A stretch of 64,000 nucleotides of DNA from positions 56,420,001 through 56,484,000 of the forward strand of contig NC_042997.1 of the NCBI RefSeq assembly GCF_006345805.1, read 5' to 3'. The notes below the pieces were generated by a model that ran no database searches, was not told the origin of the DNA, and saw only the letters and a list, made by a program, of their open reading frames with translations. This stretch comes from Octopus sinensis (Eukaryota). The first letter of the stretch is position 1; each line of letters starts with the position of its first letter. Positions 29,035 through 42,569 of the stretch are shown here, in pieces. The position numbers and the translations under genes were made by a program.

Positions 29035-32000
29035 TACACACACACACATACATACATATAACTCCAATTACTATTTATCATATTTGTCATACGGTACCAG
29101 CTTATAAGAGCACTACTCTTTCACTGAGCCAGTGAGGGACCCTCTATATAATCACTCAATCAGTTAGAAATAGCAGCCAAAAAAACCACACCTACTGTCT
29201 TAGAAAAGTACACATTAAATAATGTGGTCCTTGGTGAACTACAGAAAGGGAAAAGATACATTGTTCATGGCTGCAATGCTCTTGATCATAGATCTGCTTA
29301 AAAGGGGTTGACCTGAAGCTAAACAACGGCTTCTTCTCTACAACATAAAAAGAAAAACATTGATTTACCAAATAATTAGCAGGAACTTTTCGCCCCATCA
29401 CAGGTTCTCCATGCACTTTATAGCTGTTGAAAAAAGACAGAAAGTAAAAATATACATTATCAGCATTCTTAACTTACATCAACATCATCTTTATAACTGT
29501 CATGATCTATTCTGTGTCTAAGCAAATACAACCAATTAACAAGCTAATTCTTATTCTATCACCAGTGATGTACTTGTGTCTGGGTCAAAACTATCAATAA
29601 ATTACACAGACATTTATAGACACGTACACAGGCATTTATAGATAAGAATTATCATCAAAAATAATATTTACCTAAAATTTAGTTGATGTGAAGATCTGCA
29701 TATTTTGTACATTTTAGGATTAATATAATTAAGACCTGTATTCAAGAGTGCAGTGATGTTGCATTCCAAATTCAATGAAATACCTAAATATATGTTAATG
29801 TTAATGGTTTTCAAGGAGTTTCTGCTGCAACACTAAATTCTTCCCCATCATAAATCAAGTATAACAGTTTATTTATTATTTTGAAATAAATTTCTTTCTC
29901 ATTTGGGTATAGTTTTGCTCATATAAGTGCTTCTGTATACATGCTAGTTTGGATGACTTTAAAGCCATCTTGACAAGTTTCATTGACCCAAACTTCTAAG
30001 AAGTTTGCCACCTCAGATTTGAGACAAATGTCAGTTCTTACATAATATTTATTCAAAGATAATTTCAGCAAAGATGCTTCACTTGTCTTCAAATCCTGCA
30101 GTTTTTTCATTGAGTCCATCTTCCTTGCTGAAACACTGCTGTTTGGAAAGTTTGCACATGTGACAACTTTCAGTTTCAAACTAGCATCATATTTCATCCT
30201 TTTTGATATAGGAACCATGAGCATACAATATCTTCAACTATTTAAAAGTTGAATACAATGTGTGTTAAAGAATTATAACTGAGCAAGAAGGTATGTTGGA
30301 CTTTAGCTTCAGGCACAATGTTGTCACATTGGTATGTGCATGAGAGGTGGCGAGCTGGCAGGAACGTTAGCACGCTGGGTGAAATGCGTAGCCGTATTTC
30401 GTCTGCCGTTACGTTCTGAGTTCAAATTCCGCCGAGGTCGACTTTGTCTTTCATCCTTTCGGGGTCGATTAAATAAGTACCAGTTATGCACTGGGGTCGA
30501 TATAATCCACTTAATCCGTTTGTCTGTCCTTGTTTGTCCTCTCTGTGTTTAGCTCCTTGTGGGTAGTAAAGAAATAGGTGTGTGCATGAGAGGATGCTGA
30601 CAAGAGCTTTAAGCTTTTGTAGTATAGTAAATTGTTTTGACCATGCAGGCTTTGTAAGAAGTGGAGCAATATGGAAATGATGATCTTCTGAAAATTGTAT
30701 GATGGCAATGTAATGGGCTAATAACTTCAAAACTGGTGATGTGGTATTGGTAGCACAGTAGCATTATTTTTTAAATCACTGATACAAATGGTGGATTGGG
30801 GACAAGACATACTACAGTGTTCTATTATAATTATATACTGTACATAGAGGTGCTAACTTTAATCAAAGTTGCTTTGTTGTGTACACTATGTTCTATAAGA
30901 AGTGCTGCTTGTGGATTAAAGAAGCTTACCAACAGAACCAGTTTTCTATTAAGATAACTAGCCTTCATAACCTTAACTCTAATTTACAGTATACAGTACT
31001 AAAGATTTTAATATAGCTGTATGGGGTTTTTATTTGTAGCATCTATAACATCTTGTTGTAGCATGCACAGTTAAATAACAAGTAGACTATTAATGGTAGT
31101 ATTTAAGGTACAAATAAGTGTCATGATAAAAAGAGTGCAATACATCTGCATTTTAATTCTATTTGGAGACTGGGTAGTGTCTGAAATAAATACTAGTGTA
31201 AAAGGAAATGTGAAGTTATGAAGTATATCAGTCCTCTGACAGCTGCTATATTTTGACAAAGTCGAAAGTTTGCTATGAATATTCCATAAAGGATTTAAAC
31301 AGTCTTAGGTACTCAGGTTTTAGTGCTAACAAATTCAGAGTGTGTTTAACTGGTTTAAGGAAACGTAGGTTGACATATACAGAAAGTATAAGTCTAAACT
31401 AAAGTTTTATGCTCCAGGTCTTTGAGCTCAAATTATATGCCAAATCAACTCACTAATACAGTTTGAATTTATAATATATTGATTTGTAATAAAAGTACAA
31501 GGCCATAAATTTTGAGAGATATTTAGTCAATTATAATGATCCCAGTACGTGACAATATTTTACTTTATTGGTGTCGGAAGAAAGGTTAAATTAACTGTGA
31601 CAGGATTTCAAAGCCACTAAACTGAACTGACTTCAGTACATGATATTTGAAGGATAAAAGCAAAGAAAGCTTTTTCAGGATTTAAACTCAGGATATAGTT
31701 GGAGTGGGTAAAATACTGGTTTTAATTAACAAAATATTACTCACGAATCAATGACAGTTTTAATGGTATTTCTGAGGTGTTCCATGTTTTTGTTTTCTGT
31801 CCGAGTGTCCACCATAATGACATCATAGATTTTAGGAAAGTCTAGAAATAGTAAAATGAATAATAACAGAAAAGGAATGAAACATTATAAACTACCGTTT
31901 ACCCTTTATTATAAATCTAAGGCTTTATGCCTACATAAAAAAACAACATTTCAAGGTTTTAAAATCCTCAACTAATACAATGGCAATATATTATTAATTC

Positions 32001-35000
32001 TTGTAATTCTTAAATGTACAGGGACAGAGAGATAGAAATTCAATTGCTACTGAAGCCATTATATTATATTATATTGATGGATGGAATGTGTTCATAAATT
32101 TTTCTCTTTGAAATGTTTTGAGTCCTCATAAGAAGCCTAAAACAAGCCAATTTATTTCATTTTGAGCTGTTTCCACTAATTGTTGATTAGATCATCATTA
32201 CTTTCTCATGAACTTGTGTTATCCTAGTTGCACTTAGTTTATTAACTTTAAATGACTGAAAAGCTAAATGGATAGCAATGACATTTGCACTTAAGATAAG
32301 AGAAAAAATGAACAAATAACCAAATTTACTGTTATTCATTATGTCAGCTATCACCACTCCCTACTATTATGTTGTTCTTTTCTTGCATGATAGTACAAAT
32401 ATAGTAAAAATATTGAAGTGAAGAAACTTACGTGGCATTCTTTGGAATTGGAATATTTTATTTTTTATTTCTTGAATAGATTCATCATCTGAAAAAAATA
32501 AATAAATGAATAAATCAATGAATAAATAAATGTAATTAAATATAATGAAAACTTATTTTGTTTTCATAAATTGCTGATCTACAGTAGTAAAAAGTTAGCT
32601 ATAGCTTAAAGTGATTAGAAGTGAAGTAGAGCAAGTAAAAAGAAGTTTAATAGTACCATGAGGAATTAAATCATAATGAGTGCCAACAACAAGAACAGGG
32701 CATCCTGGAGCTTGCGCTTGTATATTGGCAAGCCAACATTTCAAGATATCTGTTTGTTTATGTCGAAGATCAAACACAACCTGATAAAATGAAAATATAT
32801 TTACAGTTAGTAGGATGCAACAAAAAGAGGAAACAAAACATCACATGCTACCTTCAGTATTACATCAGAGTTTTAACTCTACAATTTCTGACAACTTGTA
32901 ATAACAACCACATGACCTTGACTGCTTTATGAAGGTTAATTTACATCTTGATGTCCCCCAAATACTTCAGTTTTGAACATTCACTAAAGTTATTAAATGT
33001 TCAATATCACACTACACTTGAGTACTGCTTACATCTGGAATGGAACATGTGGAGTATTCATATCTAAGATAGCCATTCATTATCACCATCTCTGGCCAGA
33101 TGCCCTTCCTGTTCCCAACCCTCATCTGTTTCCAAGCAAAGTAATATTCTCCTATGGCCAGACATGTTTTTGTATGATATTGGAAATGAACAACACTGCT
33201 TGTATGACAGTGACACTCATTTAAAACTACCACACTGTGTCAAGACAAGGAGATACAAGCATACATATCAACATTATCATCATCATTTAACATCTATTTC
33301 CCAAGCTGGCATGGTTCAGATGGTTTGACAAGAACTGGAAAATCAGAGGGTTGTGCCAAGCTCTACTGTCTGCTAAAGCATGGTTTCTACAGCTGAATGC
33401 CCTTCCTAATACCAGCCACTATAACAGAGTATTCAGTGTGCTTTTTACGTGGTACCAGCACATATACGATTAAAAATATATAGTTGTAAATCCTTATAAT
33501 CTTACCAAATAAATGGCTTGACGAGAGATGAAACACTGGTGTGTACTGTAAAAATCTTCTTGGCCAGCAAAATCCCATGTTGTAATGCAATAGTTAACAG
33601 TTTTCTTGTGCCGGTAATGTTTGTATCTGGAAACAGATTTGTTAATTTTAAAAAGTGCATATGATTAGGAAGAAAAGACAAAGAGAATAATAATAATATC
33701 AAACCAAAGTATTTTTGAAAAAATCAGTTTTTTAATATATCTGAATATACCTGTAAAAAGACAAAAAAAAAAAAAAAGATAGGGTTGGGATAGAATGAGT
33801 AAGATTGACTGCATTTTTGACTTAAAGCAAAAACATTTTTTACAAATGTTCACTATCTTACGAAAACTATATCAGCTAAGCAAATGACTTTCTTTAAATG
33901 CATTAAAAACACTGGAACATATTCAGAAAACTATTTCAGAAAGGTTCACTTCAGCATTTAAATTTAATTTGTCAAAATATTTTCGTCGCTTTGGGACCGT
34001 GACCTGTTCACTGAAAAAACTCCAAAAAAAGCGACGAAAATATTTTGACAAATTAAATTTAAATGTTGAAGTGAATCTAACGGTTTTTGTGTGTTCCTTA
34101 AATGACTTATGAACACCTTCCACGCTGCAATTGTTTTCGTTTCAGCACACGATCTCAGATCAGGTCACTTGTTATGCAAGTACATCTCCGTATTTCAGAA
34201 AATTATCAGCATATAAAAGACATCTCACTCTCATTCTTTATTTGTTATTCTCTTTTCTGTTTACTCTCTTAGTCACACTGCCTTTAACAATTGGAGGCAA
34301 TGTAGAGTAACCAGAACACTTTAGTCTTAACCTCTTAAATGTTAGCACCACCATACAGAACACCCAGTACATTCTGTAAACTGGTGAGTGAATAAGGACA
34401 ATGTAGCATTGAGAGTACCCTTTAGTTTTGTAAAGGACATGACAATCTCTCAAGTATTGGTACTTCAATAAAATACACTCGGTACATTTTTCTGAGTAGT
34501 TGGTATGAGGAAGGGCATCAAGTCAAAGGATGGTGGTGATAATGATGATGATGATGATGATAAGGATGATGATGATGATGACAATGCTTATATATTATCT
34601 AATGTGTATGTCTTTTTATAAGTCAGTAGAATGTGGCTTGAAGATGATTTAGTTACTGTATGTAGTAGATCAGGTGGAGTTCACTCTTTAATATTTTCAT
34701 TCGGCCATTACACCACTCTAATATAAATATATGTAAAAAATGGAAAACTTTAGACTCACATCCATCTTTTAACAACAATACCGACAGTTGCTGTGCCAGT
34801 TGCTTGTTTCTTTTCTTTCATTAGACTTCGGATCAGTGTTGTTTTTCCATGGCCACCATAACCCATCACCATCATCTTCATGGAATATTGTCGCTGGCAC
34901 TATAAACGCAGAACAGAAAACTTGAGTAAAGAGATTCCTAATTAATGTTAAATTTCTAGCCTATTAAATATATTTTCATAAATGAATTTTTTTCCTGTTT

Positions 35001-38000
35001 AATACAGTATTCTAGATGGTTCAATTTCTGTCATTAGGTACAGTATTTCAAGATAGACACATTCCATAGACCGTTTGAACTCAGAGCTTTATTTCTAATA
35101 ATAATAATCTATTTCTTATTTCTTTATTGCCCACAAGGGGCTAAACATAGAGGAGACAAACTAGAACAGACAAAGGGATTAAGTCGATTACATCAACCCC
35201 TGTATGAAACTGGTACTTAATTTATCAACCCTGAAAGGATGAAAGACAAAGTTGACCTCGGCGGAATTTGAACTCAGAACGTAACGGCAGACGAAATACC
35301 ACTAAGCATTTCGCCCGGTGTGATAACGTTTCTGCCAGCTCACTACCATAATAATCTATTTCTGATTTCTAAATTAGAAATAAGGGTGATGAGTTTAAGC
35401 CCATCCTATAGGCTTGTAACAATCAGAATTTGGTCTGACACAAACATAGTTTTGAGTAGAGAAACACAAAAGTTGTTATTAATTGCCATCATTGTTCTCA
35501 TCATGTTCTGAGAAATTGTCATCGCCATCATCGTCATTTAACGACCATGTTCCATGCTGGCATGGGCTGAGAAATTTCATTAGTATAACAATAATCCAAC
35601 TCAGAAATTTCAATGTTTTTGACATATAACAAAACACATAGAAGTTGGTAATGTTGTTAAATATCCCTGGGAAACTAGGCATAGTAGACTTATTACAAAG
35701 ATCATAAGGACACAGATTTTTTAAAAGGGGAGTGTGGTAGTAGGTTGAACTGATTTTAATACATGTCTGTTACTCATTTTATCAACATCAAGGGTCAAAC
35801 AGCAGAGTCAACACCAGCAGTTTATTTTTGACATTCAACTCAGAATATTTAAGTCTGGTGCACTCTAATATAATTATATATGCATTCAAGTTATTAGAAT
35901 GTGTAACTCTTTGCTTATGTCAAACAGGCATAGGAGTGGCTGTGTGGTAAGTAGCTTGCTTACGAACCACATGGATCTGGGTTCAGTCCCACTGCGTGAC
36001 ACCTTAGGCAAGTGTCTTCTACTATAGCCTCAGGCTGACCAAAGCCTTGTGAGTGGATTTGGTAGACGGAAACTGAAAGAAGCCCATCGTATATATATAT
36101 ATATGTATGTGTGTTTGTATATGTTTGTATGTCTGTGTTTGTCCCCCCAACATCACTTGACAACTGATGCTGGTGTGTTTACATCTGTGTAACTTAGCGG
36201 TTCAGCAAAAGAGACCAATAGAATAAGTACTAGGCTTACAAAGAATAAGTACTGGGGTCAATTTGCTCGACTAAAGGCGATGCTCCAGCACGGCCGCAGT
36301 CAAATGACTGAAACAAGTAAAAGAGTAAAGAGAGATATAAATTCAGAGGAGTAAAATACTCAAATGGATGGATGGAAGCACTCTGTCGGTTACGAGGACG
36401 AGGGTTCTGGTTGATCCGAATCAACGGAACAGCCTGCTCATGAAATTAACGTGTAAGTGGCTGAGCACTCCACAGACACGTGTACCCTTAACGTAGTTCT
36501 CGGGGATATTCAGCGTGACACAGAGAGTGACAAGGCCGGCCCTTTGAAATACAGGTACAACAGAAACAGGAAGTAAGAGTGAGAGAAAGTTGTGGTGAAA
36601 GAGTACAGCAGGGATCACCACCATCCCCTGCCGGAGCCTTGTGGAGCTTTAGGTGTTTTCGCTCAATAAACACTCACAACGCCCGGTCTGGGAATCAAAA
36701 CCGCAATCCTATGACCGTGAGTCCGCTGCCCTAACCACTGGGCCATTGCGCCTCCACAAAATACTCAAATAGGTTTTAGTTTGTACAAATTAAGAAAGAA
36801 TCAAGTTACATACATTTTTTAATCTATAACTGAGATCCAGAATGATGTCTCTCACTCTTCCTTTCATAAGTGTACGACTGAGGGAGATCTCTAGGCCATC
36901 CAGTGGCATCTGAAGAGAAAACGTTTTTATTTTGAAAAGGAACAAATGAAGAATAGGTAGGTGGGGAATGCATTTAAAGTTAATAGGAACAGAATAAAAG
37001 CTGTGATGATATACCATGCTGATAAATGGTACAAATCTTCTATACTAATCAACTAAATAGGCATTTATAGGAGAAAATTATAGTCATTACATATGCAGAG
37101 TGTTCATAAATTATCTTTACAACTTTCACAATTTATTGTATCAATTAAAGTTGAAATCCAATGGAGCCTGCATAGAAGTGTTCTAATGTTTCTAATAAAC
37201 CTCAGTTTGTTTGCCTATGTTTTCCAATAATCTCTGCTGAGTTATCCTTATTTTTCAAAGTTGGAAAGGTAATTTATGGACACCCTGTATAGTAAAATGG
37301 ACACTAACATACTCAATGTAGTAAGCCAAGAAATCTGAAATAATTAAAATTACATAGCAGTGGATACATTCGACACTCACCAAATACCTAGAAACTCAAC
37401 TTGATGATGTTTACATCCACATGTTTATGGGCCATCCTAAATACTTTGTGGAAAAGCTCCCAATCAAAGACTATATGAAAATTTTCTTGCAATCACTGAT
37501 ATTCTTACAGAAAGGCATATGTATTTTTATAGGACATAACTGGAGAGTTAGGCAAGAACTCAGTAATCATACATTCTTATGGATATCCCAGTATAAATAC
37601 ACATGGGTTCACTTTGTAGCATAAGCCATCATTTGTCTGGACAAACATTAACCTCCCAAATACTATGTAAGATTGTAATGGATGACATAATCATGTTAGG
37701 AAAATCTGAGTAAGTTCAAGTAAATGAAAATTTCACCCTTAGTGATTATTAAATCATTTCTAAACAACAGGAGAAGCAATCCTGAAATTTAATTAATTAC
37801 AATTAAATAAGTATGGAATACAGTTGATAATGAGTCAAATCTTTTGCAGTATGGTGACAACTTTGGGCATATTTTTGATAATATTAGGTCTCATTAACAA
37901 AGCATTGTAACTGCTAGAGCTAAGAACAACTGCAGAGATATGAAGGATATTTGTGGATGAACACTGTCTCTGGGCAAAATGAATTTTACATAACTTATAT

Positions 38001-40463
38001 TATTTAACTGAAATACAATTAACTGAAATTATTCAAAGATGTTAAGGTGGAAGGTTTATCTTTCATTTTCCTAATGTCACAGATTGAGAAGCTTATTTCT
38101 GATGTTAGGTTGCTCTAGGGTATATGTATATAAAGAAACAGTAGTAATATAAGCACAGAATAAAATCCATACCTCCCATATTTTGTCACAAGCTCCAAGT
38201 TCATCTGGAAGGCAAGTAATTCCTTTATTGTAGCTAAAGTTCAAAGACCGCAGTGACTTCAAGTGACCAATTTGTCTTGGAAGCTAAATAAGAAATATAT
38301 CATAAGGACACATTCATCATAAATTCTGTCTTTAAAGATAAGTTTGTTATAAAATATTTTTTCATAAGCTTAGAGCCAAAAGTTTTCATGCCAAGTCTTT
38401 GATGAAGAACTGAATCAAAGACTTTATTATAATCAATAGTCCATCTACTAAGCATTCCAGACAGGAACTAGTATTCTGACTGTGAGTCGAAGGATGTTAA
38501 CTAATGACCTTCCATTAGTCCCTTAAAAAACAATGAGCTGGTTACAGTTGGAATGCTTCTGATCTTAGATCTTCTCAATCAGAGTAGAACTAGGGTTAAG
38601 CAACAACAACCAAATGTTCCATTGATAAATTTGTTGCATCTTGGGAGGTCATTATGCCAATAATAAGCACACACATACACTGATATTATTTCACTTCTTT
38701 TATCATTATTAGCCAATTGGTTAAATGATTAACAGTTGACTAATCATCATCATCATCATTGTTGTCATCATTGTTTAACATCTGTTTTCCATGCTGGCAT
38801 GGGTTGGACGGTTTGACAGGAGCTGGTCAGCCGGGGAGCAGTCCAGACTCCTGTTGTCTGTTGTGACATGGTTTCTACAGCTGAATACCCTTCCTAATGC
38901 CAAACACTTTATAGAGTGTTCTGGATACTTTTTACTTGCCACCAGCATGAGTGCAGTTATGCAACACCAGCACAAGTGCCTTTTACTTGGCACCGGCACT
39001 TGTAAAGGACAATCCTGTATGTATGGATGACAGTGATTTTACTTGGCTTAATACATCTCAAACACAAGAAATTTCCACAACTCCCAGTCCCTTGTCATTT
39101 TTTCAGTGAAGCCCAGCATCTGAAGATCTTTTCTCACCATTCTGTCCTACTTTGGTGGTGGTGGTGTTGACAACAATGGCATGTGTGATATTAATTTTCC
39201 TTTTAAGTAAAAACACCAGAAAGTATTTAATTTCGTATAAGATAAGTTAAAGTTAAATGGAACTGTCTAGAGAAATGAGGTAGAGATGTTACAAGTCACT
39301 ATTTCTACTGGTGAACGAAAATGAAAATATTGTAATTATAAATAAAAAGAAAAAAAGAAACACTTCTTAATATGAGTGAGAAATAAAACAAAATACATAC
39401 ATTGGATAAGAGATTGTGAGAAATGTCCAAAACTTCCAAGTTACTCCAATTCTTTGCACCTTTTGATAAATCTAACTATATATATATAAAATTTAAAAAA
39501 CATTTTATTAGAATAAAATTTACAGCTTGAGATCAACGTGAAAAAAAAGATGTATGTATTAAAACACCTATTCTCGATTTTCATATATTTTTCTAACTAA
39601 TAAATCCATAACAAAAGTAAATTATGACAATCATAGACATCTTGTGAATTAATCTTTTTAGTTCTTTAGTGCATTTTAGTCAAGGCCATGTTGGAACAGT
39701 GTCTTTTAGTACATGAAGATATGCTTACTTTTACTGTGAAGGTTAACATTCAAAATGTAAGTTAAGAAGGAGAAAAGATAATAAAAGAAAAAGTTAATAT
39801 TAAATAAAGGTTCTGAGATGTAAATTATATTTAACCCTTTCATTACTGTATTCATTTTGAGATGCTCTGTGTTTCTTTGAATTACTTTAAATATAACAAA
39901 GAATTAAGTAAAATAACTTAGTTATCATTCAGCTAGTTTTAGGAACATAAATTGTGACTAAGGTTTGGTGGAAGATTTTAATTCAAAACTTATGAAAACA
40001 AGACATTTGTACTCAGAGCCAGAGCCAGTTTCAGCCGGGTTGATAACAAAAGGGTTAAAATAAGCTTTAAGGTAATATAAGTGTTTGTTTATGTGTACAT
40101 TAGAAAGAGAGAGAGAGAAAGTTGGGAGTGTCAAAAGAGAATATGAGAAGAGAAAAATTAATTAAACATTGCATAAGAATATAATAGTGAATGGTGAGTG
40201 GTATAGAGTAAAAGTAATCTTAAAGTGAGGCATGTTCAAGGCCCATTTCACCTAGAAGGGCATGAACATCACTGAAAGTCTTATTCTTTTTCTCTTATGA
40301 ATTTAAAATCTAGTGCATGTATAGGAAGTTAACAAATATGTCAGAAATAACATAAATCAACAAATATCTGGAACACCCCCCTCTATCTATCCACCTCCTG
40401 ACCACTTATACTCTCCCCATCCCCTGTGCATAGGTCCTGATGCATTTCCAACACCATCTATCC

Positions 40464-40497
<34 letters not shown>

Positions 40498-42524
40498 TGT
40501 CTATCTATCTTTCTCTCTAACTCTATTTCTATCCCATTATTATACTTTAACCTCTCACCTGGCACAAAGCTACTTTTCTCAGTTTCATTCCATCTTCCAG
40601 CTGAGAAGTCTTCAACTCATGAGTTACTTGGTGACCCCACTGAAGTTGGTGCCATGTAAAAAGCACCAGTACTGGTGCTACATAAAAAGCACCCAGTACA
40701 CTCTGTAAAGTGGTTTGCATTAAGAAGGGCATCCAGCCATAGAAACCATGCCAAAGCAGACAATGGAGCCTGGTGCAAACTCTCCAACTTGCCAGCTCCT
40801 GTCAGACCATCTAACCCATGCCAGCATGGAAGACAGATGTTAAATGACACCGCTGCCGCTACAAAATAACATATCTACATGATTGTGAAATGGAATAATA
40901 TGTCAGATTATGCAGTACTAAATACAATGCCAGGAAATAAGATGAGACAGTCATGGCTAGAAAGATTTTGATTCCCAGGCTGATTTATCAGTTTGCCTGG
41001 GCCAAAGAAATAACAATATATCATTTCATAAATAATTGAATTCTTATTTTCTTTGATTTGTGGGCTTTTATTTTGCTTGCTTTCATTTATTCCAATTTTC
41101 TAAAAGTGCTTCTTCTTTAACATGCACCCCCTCCCCCCCCACACACATACACAAATACATATAGTAACTGAAACATACACACAGATATATAATGAATAAT
41201 TTTAATCAACTTACATCACATATAAGGTTATCAGAAATATACAATTTTTTCAGTTCTTCACAAGCCCACATAGCTGGTGGACAAATATTGGTGAGATTGT
41301 TGAACCTTAAATCTAGACAGACCAGACTAAAAAAGAAAAACAAATAAAAAGCAAAACAGTAATCGATTGTTTAAAAGATAAAAGATGCTTTTCTTTTTAT
41401 AAATTCGGCTTCACAGGGAGAAAAATAATTATATTGTTTTCAATGACATCTGCTTGTCCATGTCAGACACTAAAGTAAAGTTTTCAAGTTCTCTTCAAAG
41501 TGGAGAACTTATTTGTTTCACTTTCATTTTTATAAGGAAGGGCAGCACACATAATATTCTTTGTCAGGCATCTGAAACTGGTGAGGAAAGGAAAGGAGAA
41601 ACCATAACTTATTTGCAGAGTCATTTTAAGGCATGGGCACAATGGATAGTGATCCAAAGGCCTGATGGTTTTAGGGACCCAAGTCTGACCTATGTATGTC
41701 ATAGCTTGCTGTCAATAAATATATGCTTATGTATTGATTTGCCCGAGGGCCTATAATACTGCCAAGTTTGTCTTGTGCATTGGTTATTACCAACCAATTA
41801 CTTTGATTGTATGTAACTTAGTTGGAAGTCAGTAGCTATGAGTGGACCTGCCATCAAATAGTGCTGTATACTAAAGCACTGGCCATAGGTCAGTCCCCTG
41901 TTGTGTCTGGTTGGAGCAGGGCTCTAATAAAGAAGTACTTCTAACTGTACCCTTTAGCAAGTAGAGACACTACTCAAAGGAAGATACAATTAGAAGCAGT
42001 ACATGGAGACATTGAGTAATTTTCAGACTAAAGATTTGGTTCAGAGAGATAGTGAGTCATTATCAGACAGAAGACTTTGTGTGAATAGTTGCAGCCAAAG
42101 AGATAGTGAGTAATTCTCAGAGTGGAAGCTGCATCTAAATACATGCAACACACAATGCATTTGAGAAAGCCATGAGTATCACAAATCTCACTTTTCACCA
42201 CTCCCACTTATCCCTAACCCAAAAGCTACATCATACAAGAGTGGTAAGAATTGCTGAAATGGAAGACAAATATTTAAGACGGTTCATTTTTAAAAACCCA
42301 ATGTAAGTGCATATTTATGTGTGTATGTGTGAGTGTATGTGTACACACACAAACACACACAAGTGTATGTGCACCCACTACATTCATGGAGTGGTTGGCA
42401 TTAGGAAGGGCATCCAGCTGTAGAAACACTGCCAGATCAGACTGGAGCCTGGTGCAGCCTCCTGGCTTCCCAGACCCTGGTCGAACCGTCCAACCCATGC
42501 TAGCATGGAAAACGGACGTTAAAC

Positions 42525-42569
<45 letters not shown>

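Noticed and set aside
36690-36757. tRNA-like sequences here and at other SINE heads
   Set aside because: They continue into SINE bodies and do not form complete cloverleafs.
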